Of a stretch of 64,000 bases of DNA, positions 1 through 8,746 are shown piece after piece; positions within the stretch are counted from its first letter, which is position 1, and each line of letters begins with the position of its first letter. The notes under the pieces were generated by a model, which saw only the letters and a program-made list of their open reading frames with translations, had not been told where the DNA came from and searched no databases. The translations under genes were made by a program, and so were the position numbers. Origin of the DNA: Rhodospirillales bacterium (GTDB lineage: Bacteria; Pseudomonadota; Alphaproteobacteria; Rhodospirillales; GLO-3); assembly GCA_003354135.1 (NCBI GenBank), contig PIVK01000016.1, positions 2,224 to 66,223 of the forward strand, given 5' to 3'.

Positions 1-1
1 G

Positions 2-934
2 CAGTCGTGTGGCTTGGTTTATGGAAGCGGTTTCGAGGCCGCAACCGAGGTGCTGCGCGATTTGTCCCGTGGCCGTCGCTTATTCGGCAACACTCCCGAA
101 TCCGTAGCGCGCGTCAAACAACCCGAGAGTTTCGCGGCGCTGGTCCGGGGGCTCGGTCTCCCCCTGCCGGAAACCCGTCGGGAGACGCCGGGCCGGACAG
201 AGGGATGGTTGATCAAACCTGTCGGCGGCTCGGGCGGCTGCCATATCCGAATCGCCGGAGCTTCGGAAAAAGCTGGTCCTGGTTGGTACTTTCAACGCCG
301 TGTCGCCGGAAAGTTGGTTTCGGCGAGCGTGATTTGCGATGGCCGCCACGCCCGATGCCTGGGGTTAAGCGAGCAGTGGACGCACCCTGGATCGAGTCGG
401 CATCCGCTTCGGTTTGGCGGCGCCCTGGCGCCGGCAATGGTGGAGCCCCAACTTCACCCCCACCTGAAGGCAGCGGCGGAAAATCTGATCCGGGAGGCCG
501 GATTGGTCGGTCTCAACGGAGTCGATTTTATCGTTGATAGGGATCGCGTCTTCGTCATCGAGATCAACCCACGTCCGTGCGCCACCATCGATCTGTTCGA
601 CCGGCTTTTGGATGCAAGCCTCTTTGATCTTCATATCCGCGCCTGCCTTGAAGAACTCCCCCGTAACGGCGCTGCGTTGGAAATAGCTCCGAAGCAATTT
701 CGCGGATGTGCGGTCGTCTACGCTGAGAGGCGTCTCACCGTGCCAAAAGGTTTCGACTGGCCGATTTGGAGCACCGACCGGCCTTGTGGGGAGGCCATAA
801 TCGAGCCGGATTCTCCACTCTGCACCGTCCACGCCAAGGCCAGACAAGTGGAAGACGTGAAAGCCTTGCTCCAAGCCCGCCGGTTGGAAGTGGTGGCGTT
901 AATGGAGCCATCTGGCTATAGTCCGCGGGGATGA
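2..934 (+). CDS. ATP-grasp domain protein, 5' end cut by window edge (H4MPT/methylofuran cofactor cluster)
   Basis: Reading frame is open back to position 2. ORF 14..934 contains an ATP-grasp C-terminal core (GLNGVDFIVDRDRVFVIEINPRP). It lies immediately upstream of mch. Confidence 0.7.
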   Translation, partial: QSCGLVYGSGFEAATEVLRDLSRGRRLFGNTPESVARVKQPESFAALVRGLGLPLPETRRETPGRTEGWLIKPVGGSGGCHIRIAGASEKAGPGWYFQRRVAGKLVSASVICDGRHARCLGLSEQWTHPGSSRHPLRFGGALAPAMVEPQLHPHLKAAAENLIREAGLVGLNGVDFIVDRDRVFVIEINPRPCATIDLFDRLLDASLFDLHIRACLEELPRNGAALEIAPKQFRGCAVVYAERRLTVPKGFDWPIWSTDRPCGEAIIEPDSPLCTVHAKARQVEDVKALLQARRLEVVALMEPSGYSPRG

Positions 935-969
935 GAGAATAATATCAAAACAAGCGGTTGGGAGTATTG

Positions 970-1965
970 ATGGCCCTTCAGGCAGGCGCCTTATTCGAAG
1001 AACGGCCAAGTTTGGCGCGGCTTTCCGCGCCACTGGTATCACGGCTGGTAAACGACGCCGATTCATTGCGGATCGGCGTAAGACAGGACGAGACCGGCGC
1101 GCTTTTGGTCGATGCCGGCATTGATAAACCGGGCGGCCTGGAAGCGGGACTTAGGATTGCGGAAATCTGCCTCGGCGGACTTGGCCGTGTTTCTCTTCAG
1201 TCGGGTGGAAGCTTCCCACGATGGCCGTGGTCACTGAACGTACATACAAGCAATCCGGTGCTGGCCTGTCTGGGAAGCCAATACGCGGGCTGGAGCTTGT
1301 CCCATAAGGATGGCGACGAATCTTTTCACGCATTGGGGTCAGGGCCGGGTCGGGCTTTAGCGGGCAAGGAAGAACTTTTCGCGGAGATTGACTACAGCGA
1401 CAACGGTGATAGCGCCGTATTGGTGCTGGAAGTGGATAAAGCGCCACCGAAACCCCTTATCGAGAAGATCGCCAACGACTGCGGTGTCACCCCTGGCCAT
1501 CTGAAGATCATTCTTACCCCGACCCAAAGCCTCGCCGGCGCCGTGCAGATCGTCGCCAGGGTTTTGGAGGTCGCCCTTCACAAGGCGCACGTTCTGGGCT
1601 TTCCTCTTACCGACATCGTCGACGGCGCCGGGTCCACCCCCTTGCCGCCACCGTCCCCTTCTTTTATCGACGCTATGGGCCGCACCAATGACGCCATACT
1701 TTTCGGCGGTCACGTTCATCTTTTCGTCAAGGGAGGCGATAGCGGAGCCCGCGATCTTGCCGAACAACTCCCGAGCAGCAACTCACGGGATTTTGGGAAA
1801 CTCTTTGCCGAGATTTTCACCCACTACAAGAACGATTTCTTCGCAATCGACCCCATGTTGTTCGCCCCGGCGCAAGTCATCGTCACGGCATTAGAGAGCG
1901 GTCGAAGTTTCCATGCCGGAGAACTCAACTCAGCCTTGATCGACCGTTCGTTTGGTTATGGTTAG
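970..1965 (+). CDS. mch: methenyl-tetrahydromethanopterin cyclohydrolase
   Basis: ORF 958..1965. ATG at 970 is preceded by GGGAG. Length (~330 aa) and sequence ([27 protein letters not shown]...) fit the Mch family. H4MPT gene context supports the call. Confidence 0.85.
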   Translation: MALQAGALFEERPSLARLSAPLVSRLVNDADSLRIGVRQDETGALLVDAGIDKPGGLEAGLRIAEICLGGLGRVSLQSGGSFPRWPWSLNVHTSNPVLACLGSQYAGWSLSHKDGDESFHALGSGPGRALAGKEELFAEIDYSDNGDSAVLVLEVDKAPPKPLIEKIANDCGVTPGHLKIILTPTQSLAGAVQIVARVLEVALHKAHVLGFPLTDIVDGAGSTPLPPPSPSFIDAMGRTNDAILFGGHVHLFVKGGDSGARDLAEQLPSSNSRDFGKLFAEIFTHYKNDFFAIDPMLFAPAQVIVTALESGRSFHAGELNSALIDRSFGYG

Positions 1966-2099
1966 ACCTCGTGACAAAATAACTGCTCCGGATGGCGCCG
2001 GTTTTTTGTTCGTCCGCAAGGCACGACAAGGGACGCATACTGCCGGTAGGTAACCCTTGTCGCAACGCGGCGGACGGACAAAAAGACAAACAGGACGGA

Positions 2100-3050
2100 G
2101 TGGTTATTTTGTCACGAGCCCTCAGGCCGAATAGGGTCGTCATATTCGCGGACCCGCCCGACTGGCACTCTCGATGTTTGGGTGAAGCGTTGCAGGCTCG
2201 GGGCATCGATTTCGAGTGCCTCCCCTTGCGCCGTGTGACAGTAACGGTCGGTTGTGACGAACCGGCAATTCGGGTGCCCGGATTTGGCTCAAGCCTTCCG
2301 GCCGCGGCTCTTGTTAAAACGGTCTCCAAGGGAAGTTTCGAGCAGGTGACACGGCGGCTCACGATTCTCCATACCTTGGAGGATCAAGGCGTTGTCGTGT
2401 TCAATCGGGTGCGGTCGATCGAGCGTTGTGTGGATAAATCATGGACCAGCCTGCTCCTCCAAGCCGCCGGGTTGCCAATGCCTCCGAGTTGGACGGTTGA
2501 AACCCAGGAAGAAGCGGCGGAGATCGTCGCCGCTGAAACGGCGCAGGGTCATGAACTTGTATTCAAGCCCCTGTTCGGCGCACAAGGCCGAGGCCTCCTC
2601 CGCCTCGACGGTAAGACCCCCATTCCCTCCCCCGAGGATGTCAACGGGGTCTATTACCTCCAACGCTACATCGATTTGGGGGAGGGGCAATGGCGCGACT
2701 TTCGTGTTTTTGTCATCGGCGGGCGGGCGGTCACCGCGATGAGTCGCCGCGGCGTTTCCTGGATCACCAATGCCGGTCAAGGGGCTTCCTGCGAAACGGC
2801 CCGGGTTAGCGACGAGATGATGGAACTGGCGGAAGCCGCAGCTTGCGCTATCGGCGTTGACTACGCCGGCGTCGATATAATGGCCGACCGTCAGGGATGT
2901 CTTTATCTTCTCGAAGTCAACAGCATGCCGGCGTGGAAAGGTTTGCAGGGGGTCACATCCATCGATATCGCCGATGAAATCGTGAAGGCGTTGCTTTCCC
3001 GCCTTTCTGCCTCTTCCTCCCACACCATCGCCGCCCATAAGACTTCATGA
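2100..3050 (+). CDS. RimK-type ATP-grasp ligase (H4MPT:glutamate ligase-like, MptN-like)
   Basis: ORF 1992..3050. The RimK-like core includes LVFKPLFGAQGRGL and YLLEVNSMPAWKGLQ. Start is uncertain (GTG 2100 or TTG 2109 after GGACGGAG). Stop overlaps the next start in an ATGA. Confidence 0.75.
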   Translation: MVILSRALRPNRVVIFADPPDWHSRCLGEALQARGIDFECLPLRRVTVTVGCDEPAIRVPGFGSSLPAAALVKTVSKGSFEQVTRRLTILHTLEDQGVVVFNRVRSIERCVDKSWTSLLLQAAGLPMPPSWTVETQEEAAEIVAAETAQGHELVFKPLFGAQGRGLLRLDGKTPIPSPEDVNGVYYLQRYIDLGEGQWRDFRVFVIGGRAVTAMSRRGVSWITNAGQGASCETARVSDEMMELAEAAACAIGVDYAGVDIMADRQGCLYLLEVNSMPAWKGLQGVTSIDIADEIVKALLSRLSASSSHTIAAHKTS

Positions 3051-3913
3051 GCACCGGGCTTTCCGACCGGATCGGAAATTTTTTTATCGAGGCTTGTTTC
3101 GCTGAGCTCGACGCCCTCAAGCCGGGAAACGTTCACCGATACAGCGAAGGCCACGGCATGTCCGTCGCCGACTTTGAACGAAGTGCCATAGCCGCCGCCC
3201 CCGCCCTGGCGGCGCCCGGGGCCTCGGTCGGCCGGCGCATCGTTACGGCGGTCGAGAAGACACGCGTCGCCGCCGGCTGCAACACCAACCTGGGGATCAT
3301 CCTTCTCGCCGCCCCCCTGGTCCATGGGGCGTTGCTGGATGCCGGCGCCACCTGCCTGGTGGACAGGGTTGCGCGGACTCTTGCCGAGCTTACAGTGAAC
3401 GATGCCGAGTTGGCCTATGACGCCATCCGTTTGGCCGATCCCGCCGGTATGGGCGAAAGCAAGCGTCACGACATCCGTCACACCCCGACAGTTAACCTGC
3501 GCCGGACAATGGAGGCGGCGGCGGATCATGACCTGATCGCGCGCCAGTACGCCAACGGCTTTGCCGAGGTGATGGGCTTCGGCTGCTCGCGCGCCGTCGA
3601 GGCGGATGCTCTCTGGGGACCGGGACGATGGACGGCCGTCGCCGTATTCCTCGGTTTTCTCGGACGTTTCGCGGACACCCATGTCGCCCGCAAGTTCGGA
3701 GACGCATCCGCTGAACGTCTGCGGGAGCGCGCCAGACCCTATGACAGCCAGCTGATGGAAAGCCAAAACCCGGAGAATCTCGAAGCCGATCTGCTGGCGT
3801 TCGATGGATCGTTGAAGGATGATGGAATTAATCCGGGGACGTGCGCTGATTTAACAGTCGCAAGCTTGCTTGCGCGTCGTCTTGGCAATATGATAAACAA
3901 GGGTTATTACTAG
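3047..3913 (+). CDS. triphosphoribosyl-dephospho-CoA synthase (CitG/MdcB) family protein
   Basis: ORF 3047..3913. The N-terminus (FIEACFAELDALKPGNVHRYSEGHGMSVADF...NTNLGIILL) is typical of the CitG-like family found in H4MPT clusters. Confidence 0.7.
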   Translation: MSTGLSDRIGNFFIEACFAELDALKPGNVHRYSEGHGMSVADFERSAIAAAPALAAPGASVGRRIVTAVEKTRVAAGCNTNLGIILLAAPLVHGALLDAGATCLVDRVARTLAELTVNDAELAYDAIRLADPAGMGESKRHDIRHTPTVNLRRTMEAAADHDLIARQYANGFAEVMGFGCSRAVEADALWGPGRWTAVAVFLGFLGRFADTHVARKFGDASAERLRERARPYDSQLMESQNPENLEADLLAFDGSLKDDGINPGTCADLTVASLLARRLGNMINKGYY

Positions 3914-3975
3914 TTGGGGAAGGAAGGCGTGGGTGAACTCATACCTGAAATTCTCCAACATGGTAGTAGCTTGAG

Positions 3976-4040
3976 CTATCCGTCAACCGATCCAGCCTTT
4001 GTCTTTCTTCAGGGGGATGCTGAAAACGAGAAGATAGTTC
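3976..4040 (+). promoter_or_regulatory. conserved bipartite element, copy A (upstream of fae)
   Basis: Box 1 is TCCGTCAACCGATCCA (3979-3994). Box 2 is GGATGCTGAAAACGAGAAGATAGTT (4015-4039). Both recur at 15/16 and 24/25 identity upstream of xoxF (16175-16190 and 16208-16232). Confidence 0.6.
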
Positions 4041-4129
4041 ACACACAGTGAACGGAACTGCCAGGGCTCCTTTTCGGTGTTTTTGAACGGGATTACTTTG
4101 GGTGTATATAAACCTAGGGAGGAATGAAA

Positions 4130-4642
4130 ATGGCTAAAGTTACCGGCGTACTGGTTGGTGAATCCTTGGTTGGCGATGGGAACGAAGTCGCTCATATCGA
4201 TTTGCTTATTGGCCCACGGGGCAGCGCTGCCGAGACCGCGTTTTGTAACGCCTTGACCAACAACAAGGATGGTTTCACAAGCCTCTTGGCGGTTATTGGC
4301 CCGAATCTTTTGTGCAAACCGGCCACCGTGATGTTCAACAAGGTGACTATCAAGGGTGCGGGACAAGCCGTGCAGATGTTTGGCCCGGCCCAGCGTGCCG
4401 TAGCCATGGCTGTTGCCGATAGCGTCAAGGACGGTACCATCCCAGCCGACGAAGCCGACGACCTGTTTATCTGCGTTGGCGTATTCATCCACTGGGAAGC
4501 CACGGACGACAAAAAGATTCAGGACTACAACTACGAAGCTACCAAGTCCGCGATCCAGCGCGCCATGAGCGGTCAGCCGACCACACAGGACATGTTGGCT
4601 CAGATGGGCTCTACCGCCCATCCGTTTGCCGCCGCTGATTGA
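4130..4642 (+). CDS. fae: formaldehyde-activating enzyme
   Basis: ORF 4124..4642. The sequence [32 protein letters not shown]... is the canonical Fae N-terminus. GGAGGA at 4115-4120 favours the ATG at 4130. Confidence 0.93.
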   Translation: MAKVTGVLVGESLVGDGNEVAHIDLLIGPRGSAAETAFCNALTNNKDGFTSLLAVIGPNLLCKPATVMFNKVTIKGAGQAVQMFGPAQRAVAMAVADSVKDGTIPADEADDLFICVGVFIHWEATDDKKIQDYNYEATKSAIQRAMSGQPTTQDMLAQMGSTAHPFAAAD

Positions 4643-4754
4643 AAGGCAGACAGCGATCAGCCTCCTGAACCAACGCCAGAAGACGGCGGGTGGTTGAGTC
4701 GTTGGTTAAACATGTTCAAGGGGTAGGGGGGTGGTTCGATCCCCGCCTTTAGAT

Positions 4755-5471
4755 TTAGGTTTGAGGGTCTGACACTTGTGTCAGGCCCTCTTTCTTGATG
4801 CTCCCGTCGTGAAGAGAACTGGCCAGCAAGACCCCTGCCGCACCGTCGGCGCGCAATTTCTGAATGTCGGCCGTGGTGCGGACGCCACCTGCCGCGAAAA
4901 CCTGTCGGTTGGGGGTGGTGTTTATGATTTGCGCCAGTCTCACATAATCCGGCCCATCTTTGCCGCCGACGCGCGCAAGGGACATGACGATAACCTGTTG
5001 TGGCCAGCTTTCATGGGATTCCAGGAGTTGACGCGGTCCCAGGAAATGGTCGGCGCGGAAGTCAAGAGATAGCACCACGCGCTCCCATCCAGCCCTGCCG
5101 AAGGTCTCTTTATGGATCGTGGCGCCCGTCTGGCTTTCGCTGCCTAATACGAGATAACCGGGGAAGGCCGCCAGCCATTCAAGGCAAGCCGGTCCGGCAA
5201 CGAGACCCTGATCAACCCATAGGGTCAGTTCGGGGAAGTCGGTGGCGAGACTTGCGATGATCGTATGGTTGTTACCGTTATCTTGTATGGCGTCCAGATC
5301 GGCGACGTAAAGATTCCGGAATGGATGCAGGTCAAGCAACGCTCGAACCACATCTTTTGGGGTGCTACTCTCGCACAAGCCGGAGCGCACGGGTTGGTAA
5401 AGGTGACGGTTGCCTCCACGGGCGTGGACAACCTGGCCACCGAGCAGATCGACAACGGGTATCAACTTCAT
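4755..5471 (-). CDS. HisA/HisF-family (beta/alpha barrel) protein of the H4MPT cluster
   Basis: The N-terminus MKLIPVVDLLGGQVVHARGG and the C-terminal VFAAGGVRTTADIQKL match the HisA/HisF fold signature. Confidence 0.75.
   Translation of the reverse strand: MKLIPVVDLLGGQVVHARGGNRHLYQPVRSGLCESSTPKDVVRALLDLHPFRNLYVADLDAIQDNGNNHTIIASLATDFPELTLWVDQGLVAGPACLEWLAAFPGYLVLGSESQTGATIHKETFGRAGWERVVLSLDFRADHFLGPRQLLESHESWPQQVIVMSLARVGGKDGPDYVRLAQIINTTPNRQVFAAGGVRTTADIQKLRADGAAGVLLASSLHDGSIKKEGLTQVSDPQT
4763..4796 (+). terminator. rho-independent terminator candidate downstream of fae
   Basis: Stem GAGGGTCTGACAC (4763-4775) pairs with GTGTCAGGCCCTC (4778-4790) at 12 of 13 positions. It is followed by TTTCTT. 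It overlaps the 3' end of the convergent gene 4755..5471. Confidence 0.6.
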
Positions 5472-5483
5472 AAGGGTAGAACC

Positions 5484-6470
5484 TTGCGTATTTTCGTTTG
5501 TGAATTTGTGACAGCGGGCGGCTTCATAAACTTAGACAAACCCCCGTCACTTTTGCGCGAGGCCGAGATGATGGTTTCGGCGCTGATCAATGATCTCACC
5601 GCCCTATCCGGTGTGCAAGTGTTAGCGGCGCGCGATCCGTCCCTTGATCCCTCCACCGACGCCGCCGAATGGATTTTTCCCACCGGGGCGGACGATGTCC
5701 GGACCTGCTGGCGGCAGGGGATGATGGATACGGACGCGTCCTGGATCATCGCTCCGGAATCGGGGGGCGAGCTTGAACGCCTTAACCGCGAGGTGCTCGA
5801 CGCCGGACGAATCCTTCTCGGCTGCCGGCCCGAGACCGTCGCCACCACGGCCAGCAAGTTGCAGACGTCACGTCTGCTGAAAAAAATAGGGGTTCCAACC
5901 ATCCCTACTTTTCATATTGACGAAATTCCAGAAGCCGCGGCCAACGGGTGGGTCGTCAAGCCCGATGACGGTGTGGGAAGCGACGATATCAGGCTATTTG
6001 CCGATCGGGATGGCATGTTGGACTGTCTGTCGGAGGAGCGGTGGGAAGAGAGCCATATCGTCCAGCCTTTTACGGCGGGACAACCGGCAAGCCTGTCTGT
6101 TCTGTGTGCCGACGGACGGGCTTGGCTGGTGAGTGTCAATACCCAGACACTCATGGAAGAAAATAATACGTTACACTATCGTGGAGGAAACATTGCGGGA
6201 CTGGAGTCATACCGAAACACCGCACAGCCTATTGCCGATGCCATTGCCCAAGCCCTGCCGGGTTTGTGGGGTTATGTGGGCGTGGATCTGATTTTTACCG
6301 AGAACGGTCCCCTGGTTGTTGAAGTCAATCCCCGGCTAACCACATCTTACATTGCGCTCAGCGCCGCCATCGGAAACAACATTGCCGGTCTGGTTTTGGA
6401 TTTATTGGAGGGCGCGCCGCGCTTCAAAACCTTCCCGCCGGATTCGCAGCCGGTGGAAATCAAGGTCTAG
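5484..6470 (+). CDS. ATP-grasp domain protein (H4MPT-associated)
   Basis: This is the in-frame part of ORF 5265..6470. A TTG at 5484 yields MRIFVCEFVTAGGF, the conserved family N-terminus. The C-terminal part contains GYVGVDLIFTENGPLVVEVNPRLT. Confidence 0.7.
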   Translation: MRIFVCEFVTAGGFINLDKPPSLLREAEMMVSALINDLTALSGVQVLAARDPSLDPSTDAAEWIFPTGADDVRTCWRQGMMDTDASWIIAPESGGELERLNREVLDAGRILLGCRPETVATTASKLQTSRLLKKIGVPTIPTFHIDEIPEAAANGWVVKPDDGVGSDDIRLFADRDGMLDCLSEERWEESHIVQPFTAGQPASLSVLCADGRAWLVSVNTQTLMEENNTLHYRGGNIAGLESYRNTAQPIADAIAQALPGLWGYVGVDLIFTENGPLVVEVNPRLTTSYIALSAAIGNNIAGLVLDLLEGAPRFKTFPPDSQPVEIKV

Positions 6471-6477
6471 AAAACGC

Positions 6478-7503
6478 ATGGAAAATGACACCATCATTGG
6501 CTGGGACTTGGGGGGCGCCCACTTAAAGGCGGCGGCACTCGACGGCACGGGAAAGCTAACGGCCGCCGTTCAGGAGCCTTGTCCCTTGTGGAAAGGCCTG
6601 GATAAGCTTGAGAGCGCCATGACCAAAGCCCTTGGCGGCCTCCATAAAACGGACCGCCACGCGGTAACCATGACCGGAGAACTAAGCGATCTGTTTGATG
6701 ACCGCACCGAAGGAGTGCGCCAAATTGCCGACACCATTACCAAGGTTCTTCCGACAGGTCGCGTCCTTGTTTATGGGGGGCGGGCGGGGTTTGTCGCTCT
6801 TTCCGGCGCCTTAGAAAATGCCGAGAACGTTGCTTCGTCAAACTGGCTGGCCTCGGCCACCATGGCGGCGCGCATGTTCAAGGGCGGGTTGTATGTTGAT
6901 ATGGGATCCACCACCACCGATATAGTTGCTTTCGCCGGGGGCGAAGTGTGCGCAAGGGGGTATAACGACCACCAGCGCATGGAGGCCGAGGAACTGGTTT
7001 ATACGGGCCTGACGAGAACCCCGGTCCTGGCGCTGGCCGACGAACGCATAGCCCTTATGGCGGAGATATTCGCCACAAGCGCTGACGTCTATCGCCTGAT
7101 CGGTGTTCTGCCCGAGGAGGCGGATCTGCATCCCGCCGCCGACGGCAAAGGCAAGACACAACTTGACAGCGCCCGCCGCCTCGCCCGCATGGTGGGACGC
7201 GATGTGGAGGATTCCGACTTGGCTCCCTGGCGTCGGCTTGCGCGCCGCTTTGCCGAAAACCAAATGCGGAAAATCCACTCAGCTTGTGAGTTTGTTCTTT
7301 CTCAGGGGGGGCTCGACGAAGGCGTTCCGCTCATCGGCGCCGGAGTTGGGTATTTCCTGCTTCCCGAATTGGCGCGGCGTCTCGGACGGCCTTATGTGGC
7401 CTTCCCATCCCTTGTCCATGCCGCCGCTGATTTGGAAGAAGACCGGGTTGCGGCATGCGCCCCGGCGTTGGCGGTGGCCTGGCTCGCCCGTAACGAAAGG
7501 TGA
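6478..7503 (+). CDS. hydantoinase/oxoprolinase-family H4MPT-associated protein
   Basis: The ATG at 6478 lies within ORF 6352..7503. MENDTIIGWDLGGAHLKAA is an ASKHA/hydantoinase A-like N-terminus. Confidence 0.7.
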   Translation: MENDTIIGWDLGGAHLKAAALDGTGKLTAAVQEPCPLWKGLDKLESAMTKALGGLHKTDRHAVTMTGELSDLFDDRTEGVRQIADTITKVLPTGRVLVYGGRAGFVALSGALENAENVASSNWLASATMAARMFKGGLYVDMGSTTTDIVAFAGGEVCARGYNDHQRMEAEELVYTGLTRTPVLALADERIALMAEIFATSADVYRLIGVLPEEADLHPAADGKGKTQLDSARRLARMVGRDVEDSDLAPWRRLARRFAENQMRKIHSACEFVLSQGGLDEGVPLIGAGVGYFLLPELARRLGRPYVAFPSLVHAAADLEEDRVAACAPALAVAWLARNER

Positions 7504-8171
7504 TCCTCAAAGGCAAGGCGCAGAGTGGCGATCCGGTCGGGATCCAACCCTGCCGTTCGTTTGTGAGCCTCACATAAAGCTCCGCGAAACCCAAGATAAT
7601 CAGGATTCAACATCAGCAAAGGATCCACATCCGACAAAGACAGGGAGCCCGCCAGCCCGGTGAGCAGGTCATGGGAACGGGCGTCTTCAATGAAAGCGCG
7701 TAGGCTTTCCGGTCCCAGATGGCGGCGTAGCGAGCCACCCGTCTTGTCGGCGGTATCCAGCATCACGCCGGCGAAACCTACGCAGGCGGCCTGGCGGATG
7801 ATGGAGAAATCCGGGTCTTGGTCGGCGAACAAAACGGCCACCATACGAATGCGACGCGTCAATGGCTGCAGGGCATCAAGCGTCGCTCCCTTATCACCTT
7901 GGAAAAAGCCAATTTTGATATAATCCACGCCGGTCTCCGCTGTTCGAACTACTGCATCGCAAACTGGCTGCGGCGACAGGGGCAAATCGCCGATGGTGGC
8001 GCTGACAGGCTTGCGCCCGGCAACTAAGCGGACGGTTTTCTCGATGGTTTGAACAGGCAAGGCGCCGAGAGCCCCGGCCTCGGGGTTCTTCATGTCGATA
8101 ATGTCGCACCCTCCGGCAAGGGCGGTCTCGGCTTCGCTTGGCCCGGTGACGCTGGCCAACAGTCCACTCAA
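7392..8171 (-). CDS. mfnB: (5-formylfuran-3-yl)methyl phosphate synthase-like protein (DUF556/MfnB family)
   Basis: MSGLLASVTGPSEAETALAGGCDIIDMKNPEAGALGALP matches the MfnB/DUF556 N-terminus. The 3' 112 nt overlap the convergent gene that ends at 7503. Confidence 0.7.
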   Translation of the reverse strand: MSGLLASVTGPSEAETALAGGCDIIDMKNPEAGALGALPVQTIEKTVRLVAGRKPVSATIGDLPLSPQPVCDAVVRTAETGVDYIKIGFFQGDKGATLDALQPLTRRIRMVAVLFADQDPDFSIIRQAACVGFAGVMLDTADKTGGSLRRHLGPESLRAFIEDARSHDLLTGLAGSLSLSDVDPLLMLNPDYLGFRGALCEAHKRTAGLDPDRIATLRLAFEDHLSLRASQATANAGAHAATRSSSKSAAAWTRDGKAT

Positions 8172-8746
8172 GGGGAAACCTCCCGCCGTGATTGGAGGTG
8201 ATGGGCGTTTATGTGCTCCATCAGCCAGTCCCAGGCTTCCCTTTCCTCGGGTCCGGCCGTCTTGTCGACGGCCGGCAGCAGTTGAGCGATTTCACGGCCA
8301 ATTTGTTCGGCGGGCATCATGTGAACACGGCTGGCCAGAATAGCCGCCTCCACAACCGCCGCTTTTGCCCGGTTAAATCCTCGAAACGGTGCATGGGTCT
8401 CCTCATGCACGATGCGGCAGATAAATCGTGGGCGAAGTGAATCGTCATGGAATTCCTCGACTTCCACCTCGGCGTGGGCGAGGGCGCCGGACAAGACGGC
8501 CCCCTGTACAACCGCCGCCGGCTTTATCGGCCAGTCATGGCGTCCGGTCAGACAACCGGCAAAAACCCGCACATCGTCGGTGTAATTAATGACTGCACAG
8601 GACGCCTTGATCAGATTGTCCAGGGTGCGCGCCGGGCGATACACCGCGATCATCAAGCGTTCTCCATCGACGGCGATCCCCATGGGAGCGAGGTGGGGGG
8701 CACCATTCTCCCCGTCGGTGGTGATGATTATCGCCTCACGTATCAC
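8168..8746 (-). CDS. DUF447-family protein (H4MPT biosynthesis-associated)
   Basis: ORF 8168..8746. Size, context and a flavin-reductase-like fold pattern support the call. There is a 4-nt overlap with both neighbouring genes. Confidence 0.6.
   Translation of the reverse strand: MIREAIIITTDGENGAPHLAPMGIAVDGERLMIAVYRPARTLDNLIKASCAVINYTDDVRVFAGCLTGRHDWPIKPAAVVQGAVLSGALAHAEVEVEEFHDDSLRPRFICRIVHEETHAPFRGFNRAKAAVVEAAILASRVHMMPAEQIGREIAQLLPAVDKTAGPEEREAWDWLMEHINAHHLQSRREVSP

Noticed and set aside
4715-4750. tRNA T-arm-like motif GGTGGTTCGATCCCCGCC downstream of fae, possibly a tRNA or att remnant
   Set aside because: No complementary acceptor stem, D arm or anticodon arm could be built from the upstream 70 nt. 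It is probably just a weak hairpin.
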